From: Thalassobaculaceae bacterium
GTDB taxonomy: Bacteria; Pseudomonadota; Alphaproteobacteria; Thalassobaculales; Thalassobaculaceae
Reading direction: 5' to 3'
NCBI GenBank assembly: GCA_965228875.1
Contig: OZ245843.1
Span: forward strand, 3,640,616 to 3,704,615
DNA: 64,000 nucleotides
In this document: piece after piece, positions 16,948 through 26,293 of the stretch
Position numbering within the stretch: the stretch's first letter is position 1
Layout: the number at the start of each line of letters is the position of its first letter
Position numbers and translations under genes: made by a program
The notes under the pieces: generated by a model
What the model was told of the DNA's origin: nothing
The model's input: the letters and a program-made list of their open reading frames with translations, nothing else
Database searches by the model: none

Positions 16948-17616
16948 ATGAGTCAGAGCCCGTTCGACCCGAGCTTCGACGATCTGCCGGCGACCCTGCC
17001 GGTCTTCCCCCTGCCCGGCGTCCTGCTGCTGCCGCGCGGCAGGCTGCCGCTGAACATCTTCGAGCCCCGCTACCTGAACATGACGCGCGACGCCCTGGCC
17101 ACCGACCGGCTGATCGGCATGATCCAGCCGATGCCGGCCACCGGCGGCACCGAGGCCGGGTCGCGCGCGCTGTACCGCATCGGCTGCGCCGGACGGATCA
17201 CCCAGTTCGCCGAGACCGACGACGGCCGCTTCCTGATCACACTGTCCGGGGTCTGCCGCTTCACCGTCGACCAGGAGATCGCCTCCATGCGCGGCTACCG
17301 CCGGGTGATCGCCGACTGGGGGCCGTTCGCCGGCGACCTGGACGACGACTGCGAGGCGGATCTCGATCGCGCCGTTCTCGTTTCGCGTCTGAAACGGTAC
17401 TTCGACGCCCAGGGCATCACCGCCGACTGGGAGGTCATCGAGGAGACGCCGGACGACCGGCTGGTCACGACGCTCGCCATGGTCTGCCCGTTCGAGAGCA
17501 GCGAGAAGCAGGCGTTGCTGGAATGTGAGACGCTGAAGGCGCGGGCCAGCATGATGCTGGCGCTGCTCGACATGGCGGTTGCCGGATCGAACGGAGGCGA
17601 TCATGCCCGACACTGA
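16948..17616 (+). CDS. LON peptidase substrate-binding domain protein
   Basis: LPVFPL..LLLP...[17 protein letters not shown]. Confidence 0.9.
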   Translation: MSQSPFDPSFDDLPATLPVFPLPGVLLLPRGRLPLNIFEPRYLNMTRDALATDRLIGMIQPMPATGGTEAGSRALYRIGCAGRITQFAETDDGRFLITLSGVCRFTVDQEIASMRGYRRVIADWGPFAGDLDDDCEADLDRAVLVSRLKRYFDAQGITADWEVIEETPDDRLVTTLAMVCPFESSEKQALLECETLKARASMMLALLDMAVAGSNGGDHARH

Positions 17617-17848
17617 CGCCACCGGCGCCCCGGAGGAGACGAGCGTCGACCCGAAGCTGCTCGAGATCCTGGTCTGCCCGGTGACCAAACAGGCCCTGGC
17701 CTACGACCGGGCTGCGCAGGAGCTGGTGAGCGCGACGGCGGGGCTCGCCTTTCCGATCCGCGAGGGGGTGCCGATCATGCTCGTGGAGGAGGCGCGGCGG
17801 ATCGACGAGGACCCGCTCGAGGAGCCGGCGGGCGAGCCCGCCCCGTGA
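17603..17848 (+). CDS. Trm112 family protein
   Basis: [28 protein letters not shown]. Confidence 0.9.
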   Translation: MPDTDATGAPEETSVDPKLLEILVCPVTKQALAYDRAAQELVSATAGLAFPIREGVPIMLVEEARRIDEDPLEEPAGEPAP

Positions 17849-18225
17849 CCGACCCCGCCGATGCCGCAACCGGCGACTGGCCGAGCGACCTGCGCGTCAG
17901 CAGCGACCGCGCGACCCTCACGGTCCGGTTCCAGAGCGGCCTGACGGCCTCGATACCGGCTGAACTCATGCGCGTCGAGAGCCCCTCGGCCGATGTGCAG
18001 GGCCACAGCGCCGCCGGCAAGACGCTGGTCTCCGGCAAGCGCGGCGTCTCGATCACCGCCATCGAGCCCGTCGGCAACTACGCCGTCCGCATCACCTTCA
18101 GCGACGGTCACGACACCGGCCTCTTCACCTGGCGTTACCTGCGGACGCTGGCGACAGAGGGCGACGCGATGATGGCCGCGTACGAAACCGCCCTGGCCGC
18201 CGCCGGACGGTCGCGCGACGGCTGA
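17845..18225 (+). CDS. DUF971 (GBBH N-terminal-like) protein
   Basis: [33 protein letters not shown]. Confidence 0.9.
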   Translation: MTDPADAATGDWPSDLRVSSDRATLTVRFQSGLTASIPAELMRVESPSADVQGHSAAGKTLVSGKRGVSITAIEPVGNYAVRITFSDGHDTGLFTWRYLRTLATEGDAMMAAYETALAAAGRSRDG

Positions 18226-18233
18226 CCCGATGG

Positions 18234-19820
18234 TCAGCCGGCCGCCGGCGGCATCGCCCCGCTTTCCGCTTGCGCCACCTCGGCCACGCGGTGCGGCGGG
18301 AACCAGAGCGACACCGTCGTGCCGACGTCCTGTTCGCTTCTGAGCGTCAGGGTGCCGCCATGGAGCTCCATCAGCCCCTTGCTGAGGGACAGGCCCAGCC
18401 CGGTGCCGTGGTTCGATCGCGCATAGGCACCCTCCACCTGGGCGAAGGGGGTCAAAACGCGCTGCAGATCCTTGGCCGGAATGCCGATACCCGTATCGGT
18501 GACCGCCACGGTGAACCCCCGGTCCCGGGTGACGCGGATCGAGATAGAGCCGTTCGCGTGGGTGAACTTCGACGCATTGGACAGGATGTTGATCAGGACC
18601 TGACGCACGCGGACGGGGTCGCAGAGCAGCGGCACCTCCAGGTCCGCGCGGCCCGGCAGCGACAACCGGATCCGCTTGCCCTCCAGCGCCGGCGCGACGA
18701 TGGTCACCGTATCCTCGACGATCGACCGCAGGCTCACCCTCTCCTCGTTGAGGGTGAGATTGCCGGACTCGACCCGGGTCATGTCGAGAATGTCACCGAT
18801 GATCTCCAGCAGGTGCTCGGCGCTCTTCAGGATATCTTTTGTGTAGCCCTCGTATCGCGAGTTGCCGAGCGCCCCGAAGATCTGCTTCTCCATGACCTGC
18901 GAGAACCCGATGATCCCGTTCAGCGGCGTCCTGAGTTCGTGGCTCATGTTCGCCAGGAACGTCGACTTGCTGCGGTTGGCCGCCTCGAGCTCCGCCTTCG
19001 AGCGCTCCAGTTCGTCGATCATGCGCCGAAGCTCCGTATTCGCGTTCTCGAGCTGCGCGGTCCGGTCGCCGACGAGTTCCTCCAGCTGACCGCGATAACG
19101 CTCGAGTTCGCGGTGCTGGGCCTCGATCTGTTCCAGCATGTGGTTGAAACCGGCGATCAGCCCGCCGAGTTCGTCTCCGGCTTCGGTCTGCGCCCGTCTC
19201 TCATACGCGCGATCGGCGCTCACGGCGCGCATCACCTCGGCCAAGTGGCTGATCGGCCGGATGAGGGCGCGCTGGAGCGTCGAGGAGAGAGCGAACGCGA
19301 TCAACGTCGACAGGGCCGCGATGATCGCGGCGATCAGGAAGAACGCGTCCCGCTCCTCCCAGAGAACGTCGAGCGAGACCACCAGTTGGATCCAGCCCAC
19401 CAGTTCACCGTCGAGCCTGACCGGCCGCTGGATCCACAGCAGATCCTGGCTAAACCGCGCGCCGATATCCTCCAGGCGCTCGGGAACCGCGGCGTCGGGC
19501 GGCACCGCGCCATACTCCGCGAACTGCACGCCGTCGGGACCGACCAGTCTGGCGGCGATCACGTCTGGCTTCACGTGCAGGTGGGCGAGTGTCCGTTCGG
19601 CCGCCGCCGGATCATTGAACACCATGGCGGGACTTGTGGTCTCGGCCAGCACCTGGGCCAGGGCCGTCATCTCGCGCACCAGGCCGTCCCGTGTCGCCGA
19701 ACTCGCATAGATCAGCAGGCTGCCGGTCGCGAACGCCGTGGTCACGACCCCGACCAGCATGGTCACGGCCATGAACTTGTTCCGCAGCGACAGATCGCTG
19801 AACCAACGAGGTACACGCAT
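18234..19820 (-). CDS. Sensor histidine kinase, TM-CHASE8-TM-HAMP-HisKA-HATPase, PleC/DivJ type
   Basis: AMVFNDPAAAERTL sensor, HAMP DELGGLIAGFNHML, FLANMSHELRTPLNGIIGF, NASKFT, DTGIGI, GTGLGL. Confidence 0.93.
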   Translation of the reverse strand: MRVPRWFSDLSLRNKFMAVTMLVGVVTTAFATGSLLIYASSATRDGLVREMTALAQVLAETTSPAMVFNDPAAAERTLAHLHVKPDVIAARLVGPDGVQFAEYGAVPPDAAVPERLEDIGARFSQDLLWIQRPVRLDGELVGWIQLVVSLDVLWEERDAFFLIAAIIAALSTLIAFALSSTLQRALIRPISHLAEVMRAVSADRAYERRAQTEAGDELGGLIAGFNHMLEQIEAQHRELERYRGQLEELVGDRTAQLENANTELRRMIDELERSKAELEAANRSKSTFLANMSHELRTPLNGIIGFSQVMEKQIFGALGNSRYEGYTKDILKSAEHLLEIIGDILDMTRVESGNLTLNEERVSLRSIVEDTVTIVAPALEGKRIRLSLPGRADLEVPLLCDPVRVRQVLINILSNASKFTHANGSISIRVTRDRGFTVAVTDTGIGIPAKDLQRVLTPFAQVEGAYARSNHGTGLGLSLSKGLMELHGGTLTLRSEQDVGTTVSLWFPPHRVAEVAQAESGAMPPAAG

Positions 19821-19822
19821 GG

Positions 19823-20407
19823 CTACCTGTCCACGATCTCGGCGAGCTGAAGCAGACCGGAGCCGAGTTTCAGCTTCGCCTGGGACACGCTCTGCAGATT
19901 GACCTGGAACCGCAGGCGCTGACGATCCGCGATCAGACCGATGTGGCCGCCGTTCCGGGCGAACGACATCTCATCGGAAACCAGAAGAATCCGATACCGC
20001 CTGGCAGCCTCAAGCACCGAGCGGCGATCCTCCTCCGACGCGAAGCGGCTTACGAACAGGACGTCACACCTCTCGATCTGGTCTCCGGGCCCAACCGTGA
20101 CGGTCCGGATCGGGCGATCCTTGACGGTCTTGCCATCAAGCGTCCGCGTCGCCCGGATGTCCAGGTCGTTTCGGCGGACGCAGACCTGGACCGACGCGTC
20201 GGAATCCTCGAACTCTCCGGCGGGCCATTCGGTGAACTTCGTGAAATTGTACACGAAGGCGATCTTGATCGCCGAAACCTCAAGGCTGTCGCCGGGCGCC
20301 GCCGCGACCGGTCCGGCCGACACGAGCGTCTGCGCCGTGAGGACGAGGGCCGCCAACAGCGACCTGGCCGGCCTTCGAAACGGGGTGAGGTTGGGCGCGA
20401 GGGGCAT
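19823..20407 (-). CDS. yfiR: YfiR family (DUF4154) periplasmic protein
   Basis: KIAFVYNFTKFTEWP, two Cys (VCV, CDVLFV), RLRFQVN...LLQLA; signal peptide. Confidence 0.88.
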   Translation of the reverse strand: MPLAPNLTPFRRPARSLLAALVLTAQTLVSAGPVAAAPGDSLEVSAIKIAFVYNFTKFTEWPAGEFEDSDASVQVCVRRNDLDIRATRTLDGKTVKDRPIRTVTVGPGDQIERCDVLFVSRFASEEDRRSVLEAARRYRILLVSDEMSFARNGGHIGLIADRQRLRFQVNLQSVSQAKLKLGSGLLQLAEIVDR

Positions 20408-20423
20408 CGTCAGGAATAGCCCG

Positions 20424-22424
20424 TCAGAAGCGAACGGCCAGGGAGGCGAAGACCGAGCGCTCAACCTTCGTGCCGTAGCTGACGAAACCGTCGCTGGCGA
20501 ACTCGGTCCGCTTCTCGTGCAGGAGGTTCTGGCCGGTCAGCGCGAGTTCGATATTGGCCTGCGGCCGCCAGGCCACGCGCACCGCGAGCTCGCCGTAGCC
20601 ACCGGTCTCCGGCTCCGGCAGTTCGCCGACGATGCGTCCCATGACGTCCAGCGAAACGTCCGGCGTCACGTCGTACTGGGCCCGCAGCGCCATCTGGTAA
20701 TCCGGACCGGAGCCCCCCGTCGGATCGACGGTGTCACCCTGCAGCAGGGCGTACCACCCCTGCAGCGCCAGCGCCTCCGTCGGGCGCCAGTTGGCGACGA
20801 GTTCGACGCCGTAGACATCCGCACTCCCGCCGTTCTCGAACTGGATCGGCAGTTCCAGGTAGGACGTCGATCCGTCCGACTCCACCGTCGCCGTTGCGAT
20901 CGAGGTCGAGACCAGGTTGTCATAGAAATTGTAGAAGGCGGCCGTGTCGAAGGACACGGTCGGAGAGGCGGTCCAGCGGTGGCCGATCTCCAGGGCAAGC
21001 AACTCCTCCGACTCCAGGTCGGAACTGCCCCGGACGCGAAGATCCACGGGAAGCCCGATGTTCGGGATACCGACCAGCGGCGCGGCTGCCGGCGAGAGCA
21101 CGCCTATCGATATGTCGGCGTCACGCTCGGCGCGCGACGGCGTGCGCACCGCCCGGGAGACCGCCGCCCAGACGTTGTGATCGGGCGTGACCCGCCACAG
21201 GGCGCGGGCGTTCGGCTGCAGCTCGACGCCGGTATAGCTGTTGTACTCGAGCTTGGTCCCCAGGGTCAGCGAGACATCGCCGTCCCAGAGCGCGATCGTG
21301 TCCTGCACGAAGGCGTTGACCATGTACTGGTCGGCATTCTCATCGGTCACCTGATAGCGGAAGTTGCCTGTGACCTCGTCGTTGCTGTAGCGCCCCCCGA
21401 CGCCCCACACCACGGTGTGGTTATCGCCGAGCCGAAACCGGTGATCGGCGTCAATGTCTACGATGTTCCGCTCCTCCGAGATCTCGTCGCCTTCCCAGAC
21501 CTCGCGCTGGATGTAGGAACGAACCTCGACGCGGTTGTCGGGGGCGAGATCGCGCGACCAGCTGCCAAGGAGATAGCTGCCCCTCGTCGTGTCGTCGTCG
21601 TTGGTCCGCGACGAATAGGGTGTGTTCAGGCTCAGCATGTCGTAGGTCGAGCCGCTGACGCCGCCGAACGAGGCGCCCTGCAGGTGCCAGGAGTCGCCGT
21701 TTTCGGTCATGCCGTCCGCCCGGAAGCCGCCGCGTCCTTCTCGGAAGTCATCGGCGCCGGCGGTGCCGTCCCCCAGTTCCCGGGCCCCCACGCTGCGGGT
21801 CTTGCCGTAGACCCTGTAGTGGGCGTCATCGGACAGGGCGCCCCCATGGCGCGCGGCCGCCTCGACGTCGTCGTTCGAACCGGCGCCGGCGAACAGGTAC
21901 GTCCCCTGCGTCTCGCTGGCATTCTTGGTGATGATGTTGATCACACCGTTCACCGCATTGGCGCCCCACAGGGAGGCGCCGGGGCCGCGGATCACCTCGA
22001 TGCGGTCGACGTCCTCGAGCAGGAGGTCCTGGCGGTTCCAGAACACCCCGGAGAACAGCGGCGTATAGACCGACCGGCCGTCGATCATGACCAGCAGCTT
22101 GTTGGCGAACGCGTTGTTGAAGCCGCGCGCGGAGATCGCCCAGGACTGATTCGAGATCTGCGCGACGTTGAGCCCCGGCACCAGCCGGAGCGCCTCGGGG
22201 ATCGAGCGGGCTCCGCTGCGCCGGACGTCGTCGTTGGTGAGCACGTAGACCGCCGCCGGCGTATCCGCGACCGAGACCGGGCGTTTCGCCGCCGACGTCA
22301 CCTCGATGCGCATCAGCTGTTCAAGCGACATCTCGCTGTAGTCACCGACCGCCGAACTCGCCGGTCCGGATGGAATCACCACCGCGCACAACCAAGCCAC
22401 TCCGATGCGAATCGAGCGATTCAT
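20424..22424 (-). CDS. TonB-dependent receptor
   Basis: MSLEQLMRIEVTS, plug IPEALRLVPGL, RIEVIRGPGASLWGANAVNGVINIITK, C-terminal F. Confidence 0.93.
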   Translation of the reverse strand: MNRSIRIGVAWLCAVVIPSGPASSAVGDYSEMSLEQLMRIEVTSAAKRPVSVADTPAAVYVLTNDDVRRSGARSIPEALRLVPGLNVAQISNQSWAISARGFNNAFANKLLVMIDGRSVYTPLFSGVFWNRQDLLLEDVDRIEVIRGPGASLWGANAVNGVINIITKNASETQGTYLFAGAGSNDDVEAAARHGGALSDDAHYRVYGKTRSVGARELGDGTAGADDFREGRGGFRADGMTENGDSWHLQGASFGGVSGSTYDMLSLNTPYSSRTNDDDTTRGSYLLGSWSRDLAPDNRVEVRSYIQREVWEGDEISEERNIVDIDADHRFRLGDNHTVVWGVGGRYSNDEVTGNFRYQVTDENADQYMVNAFVQDTIALWDGDVSLTLGTKLEYNSYTGVELQPNARALWRVTPDHNVWAAVSRAVRTPSRAERDADISIGVLSPAAAPLVGIPNIGLPVDLRVRGSSDLESEELLALEIGHRWTASPTVSFDTAAFYNFYDNLVSTSIATATVESDGSTSYLELPIQFENGGSADVYGVELVANWRPTEALALQGWYALLQGDTVDPTGGSGPDYQMALRAQYDVTPDVSLDVMGRIVGELPEPETGGYGELAVRVAWRPQANIELALTGQNLLHEKRTEFASDGFVSYGTKVERSVFASLAVRF

Positions 22425-22685
22425 ATCCCATCCCCCCGAAACCCTCGATTTAGTCGAGGAAGGCAATACTCGCGGCAACCCTGCATTAGTCTGCAAAGCC
22501 GAGTTCCCGTTTTATAGATTAACGGGTTAGCGGCTCGTAAAGACAGCGTTCGATTCAATTAACTTATAGATTTTGCTGTCGCCGCGCATCCATCCGGTGC
22601 GGATCGATTGGGCACCGATCGATCTGGCGGGGATCGCTGCGGCGGACCTGGTCCGACCGGCGGTATTTCCCTCGGGTCCGGCAGA

Positions 22686-23936
22686 TCAGACCGGCTCGCC
22701 CCGCAGCAGCCGCGGCAGGTCGCCCAGTGTTCCCATGGCATGGCGGATTGCCGCCCGCTTGAAGAGCGGCACCCGCTCGACCACCGACAGCCCCAGCCGG
22801 CGCGCCGCCTTGATCGGTGCGATGTCGTTGGAGAACAGCCGGTTGAGACCGTCCGTCGCCGCAACCAGCGACATGACGTCGAAGCGCCGTCGGCGCTGGT
22901 AGTCGCGCAGGACCGGCGCGCTCCCGATGTCGAGCCCGAGCCGCGCGGCGTCGGCCGACACCTCGGCGAGGGCGGCGACGTCGCGCAGGCCGAGGTTGAA
23001 GCCCTGGCCGGCGATCGGATGAATGGCATGGGCGGCGTCGCCGACCAGGGCGACCCGGTGGGCAATGGTCGATTCCGCGACGATGAGGGACAGCGGATAG
23101 GTGCGTCGGGGGCCGACCGGCGTCAGGCGTCCGAGGGACTCGCCGAACCGCTCCTCCAGGGCCGCCGCGAAGGCGTCGTCGTCCAGCCGGGCGATGCGCT
23201 CGGCGACGGCGCTGCGCTCCGTCCAGACCAGGGCCGACCGGCGGCCGGCCAAGGGCAGGAGCGCCAGAGGTCCGCCCGGCAGGAACCGCTCGTGGGCGAT
23301 GTTGGCGTGGTCGGCGCTGTGGGCGATGGTATCGACGATGCTTGTCTGGCCGTAGTCCGAGGTGGTGTGGCGAAGTCCCGCCAGGGCCCTAACCCGCGAA
23401 TTGCGACCGTCGGCGGCAATGACCAGCGGCGCGGCCAGGACCCGGCCGTCGTCCAGGGTCAGCGCGGCTGACCCCGCCGTCGGCGCCAACGCCACCGCCG
23501 AGCCGGGCGCCGCGACCGTCACCAGGTCGCCATGCCCGGCGATCCGGTCGAGCAGCGCCGCCTTCAGGGCGCCGTTGTCGACGATGTGGCCCATCGGCTC
23601 GTCGCCGACGGCGGCATGATCGTAGTGCAGGTACCGCCGCGATCCCTTGTCGGACACCCGGATGTCGAGGATCGGCTCGGCATCGTCGGCCACCGCCTGC
23701 CACGCGCCGAGCACCGTGAGCATGCGCCGCGACGAAAGCGAGATCGCGGTGGTGCGGACGTCGTTCCGGCCGGCGACGGCGTCGCGCGGATCGACGCGAT
23801 CGACGATCACGCTCGACACGCCCGCTTCGGCGAGGGCGAGGGCGATGGTCAGACCGGACAGGCCGGCGCCGACGATCACGGTGTCGGTTTTCGAGCCGGT
23901 ATCCGCGTCTCGCGTCGAAACCCCTTTGTCGGCCAT
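22686..23936 (-). CDS. ubiH: UbiH/UbiL-family FAD-dependent ubiquinone hydroxylase
   Basis: IVGAGLSG, AADGRNS.VR, GDAAHAIHPIAGQGFNLG. Confidence 0.88.
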   Translation of the reverse strand: MADKGVSTRDADTGSKTDTVIVGAGLSGLTIALALAEAGVSSVIVDRVDPRDAVAGRNDVRTTAISLSSRRMLTVLGAWQAVADDAEPILDIRVSDKGSRRYLHYDHAAVGDEPMGHIVDNGALKAALLDRIAGHGDLVTVAAPGSAVALAPTAGSAALTLDDGRVLAAPLVIAADGRNSRVRALAGLRHTTSDYGQTSIVDTIAHSADHANIAHERFLPGGPLALLPLAGRRSALVWTERSAVAERIARLDDDAFAAALEERFGESLGRLTPVGPRRTYPLSLIVAESTIAHRVALVGDAAHAIHPIAGQGFNLGLRDVAALAEVSADAARLGLDIGSAPVLRDYQRRRRFDVMSLVAATDGLNRLFSNDIAPIKAARRLGLSVVERVPLFKRAAIRHAMGTLGDLPRLLRGEPV

Positions 23937-24043
23937 GCCCGTGGTCTCCCAGATGTTCCGGCCCAGCGGGGCCTCACCCCTCCAACATGCCGCACCTGCG
24001 CCGGCGGGCAAGGGTCAGTTGGTCGCGACTGCCTGAATTTTGA

Positions 24044-24060
24044 TGCCTATTTTTTAGCCA
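24044..24060. promoter_or_regulatory. NtrC-type enhancer candidate
   Basis: 17-bp near-palindrome TGCCTATTTTTTAGCCA ~115 nt upstream of a sigma54-like site before glnK. Confidence 0.5.
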
Positions 24061-24174
24061 ATTATGGAATATCGCCCAATTTTTCACCTCCTCTCGGCGT
24101 CACATGCGGACCGGCGCCCCGCGCGATCCCGGTAACTCGCCGGAATCAATCATTGATTCAGTATCCCTAACTTT

Positions 24175-24189
24175 CGGCATGTTTCTTGA
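24175..24189 (+). promoter_or_regulatory. sigma54-like promoter of glnK-amtB
   Basis: CGGCATGTTTCTTGA (GG-N10-GA variant of -24/-12). Confidence 0.5.
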
Positions 24190-24213
24190 TGAGAGCACCA
24201 CCGGCCTGCATGA

Positions 24214-24657
<444 letters not shown>

Positions 24658-24680
24658 GTAGCGGCGGGGAGCACAATCCG

Positions 24681-26012
24681 ATGAAGAAGTTCATGTCCTT
24701 CAGCCTGCTGGCACTGGCGGCGTCCGTCGCCACGGTCGGCTTCACCAAGAGCGCGTCCGCCGAGGTTTCGGTCGAGACCGCGTTCATCTTCAACACGTTC
24801 TCGTTCGCCTTCCACGGCGCACTGGTCATGTGGATGGCCGCCGGCTTCGCGATGCTCGAGGCCGGGCTGGTCCGTACCAAGAACACGACCATGCAGCTGA
24901 CGAAGAACATCGCGCTCTACTCGATCGCCGGCCTGATGTACTGGGTGATCGGCTACAACCTGATGTACGCCGACGTTTCCGGCTTCTTCGGGTCACCGGG
25001 CCCGTGGTCGGCCGCCGATCCGTTCGACGCCGACGGTGCGTTCATCGGTGACGACGCCGCCGGCTACGGCGCGGCCTCCGACTGGTTCTTCCAGATGGTG
25101 TTCGTCGCGACCGCGGCCTCGATCGTCTCCGGCACCATGGCGGAGCGCATCAAGCTGCTGCCGTTCCTGGTCTTCGTGGTGATCCTGACCGGCATCCTCT
25201 ACCCGATCCAGGGCTCCTGGAGCTGGGGCGGCGGCTGGCTGTCAGAGGCCGGTTTCCTCGACTTCGCCGGTTCGACCATCGTGCACTCGGTCGGCGGCTG
25301 GGCGGCTCTCACCGGCGCCATCATCCTCGGCGCGCGCAAGGGCAAGTACAACGCCGACGGCTCGATCAACCCGATGCCGGGCAGCAACCTGCCGCTCGCC
25401 GCGCTGGGCACGTTCATCCTGTGGATGGGCTGGTTCGGCTTCAACGGCGGCTCGCAGCTCGCCATGGGGTCGGCGGCCGACGTGGTCGCGATCGCGACGA
25501 TCTACATGAACACCAACCTGGCCGCGGCCGCGGGCGTGGTGGTCGCGATCATCCTGACCGGCATCATGTACAAGAAGGTCGACCTCACCATGGCGCTGAA
25601 CGGCGCGCTGGGCGGTCTGGTGGCCATCACGGCGGAGCCGCTGGCCCCGTCGCCCTTCCTGTCGATCTTCATCGGCGCCATCGGCGGCCTGCTGGTCGTC
25701 TTCGCGGTGCCGCTGCTCGACAAGCTGAAGATCGACGACGTGGTCGGCGCCATCTCGGTGCACCTCGTCGCCGGCATCTGGGGCACGATCGCGGTCGTGT
25801 TCTCCAACGGCGACGCAACGATCGGCGGCCAGCTCACCGGCATCGTCGGCGTGGCGGTCTTCATGATCGTCACCTCGGGCATCATCTGGTTCGCCCTCAA
25901 GCTGATCTTCGGCCTGCGGCCGAGCGAAGAGGACGAGGATCTGGGTCTCGACCGTGCCGAGAACGGCATGGAGGCCTACCCCGAGTTCGGTCGCGGTTCG
26001 CAGACCTTCTGA
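24681..26012 (+). CDS. amtB: Ammonium transporter
   Basis: FQMVFVATAASIVSG..AER, DFAGSTIVH, WFGFNGGS, DDVVGAISVH. Confidence 0.97.
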   Translation: MKKFMSFSLLALAASVATVGFTKSASAEVSVETAFIFNTFSFAFHGALVMWMAAGFAMLEAGLVRTKNTTMQLTKNIALYSIAGLMYWVIGYNLMYADVSGFFGSPGPWSAADPFDADGAFIGDDAAGYGAASDWFFQMVFVATAASIVSGTMAERIKLLPFLVFVVILTGILYPIQGSWSWGGGWLSEAGFLDFAGSTIVHSVGGWAALTGAIILGARKGKYNADGSINPMPGSNLPLAALGTFILWMGWFGFNGGSQLAMGSAADVVAIATIYMNTNLAAAAGVVVAIILTGIMYKKVDLTMALNGALGGLVAITAEPLAPSPFLSIFIGAIGGLLVVFAVPLLDKLKIDDVVGAISVHLVAGIWGTIAVVFSNGDATIGGQLTGIVGVAVFMIVTSGIIWFALKLIFGLRPSEEDEDLGLDRAENGMEAYPEFGRGSQTF

Positions 26013-26023
26013 TCCAAGAGTTG

Positions 26024-26047
26024 CCGGGACCGCCACGGCGGTCCCGG
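26024..26047 (+). terminator. Hairpin after amtB
   Basis: CCGGGACCGCC-AC-GGCGGTCCCGG perfect inverted repeat. Confidence 0.55.
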
Positions 26048-26293
26048 TCCCCAGGCGGCGGGTCCTTCCGATGCCGCGCACTCTCCCTCGACTCGGGCTC
26101 GATGCTGGTCATCGGGCCCGCTTTCTATTTGAGGCGACTCGGTTTTTCTGACCTGAGCTGTGAAGGTTGCCCGCTAACTCCCTGTCGTATAGAGTGGTTC
26201 CACGTTTGGAACAAACCCGATACGCGCGGAATGTCCGGGCCCGGCCCCGGTACCGGCCCGCGCGTCAGCGTGACGTGGGAGGGCTGAGGCGCG

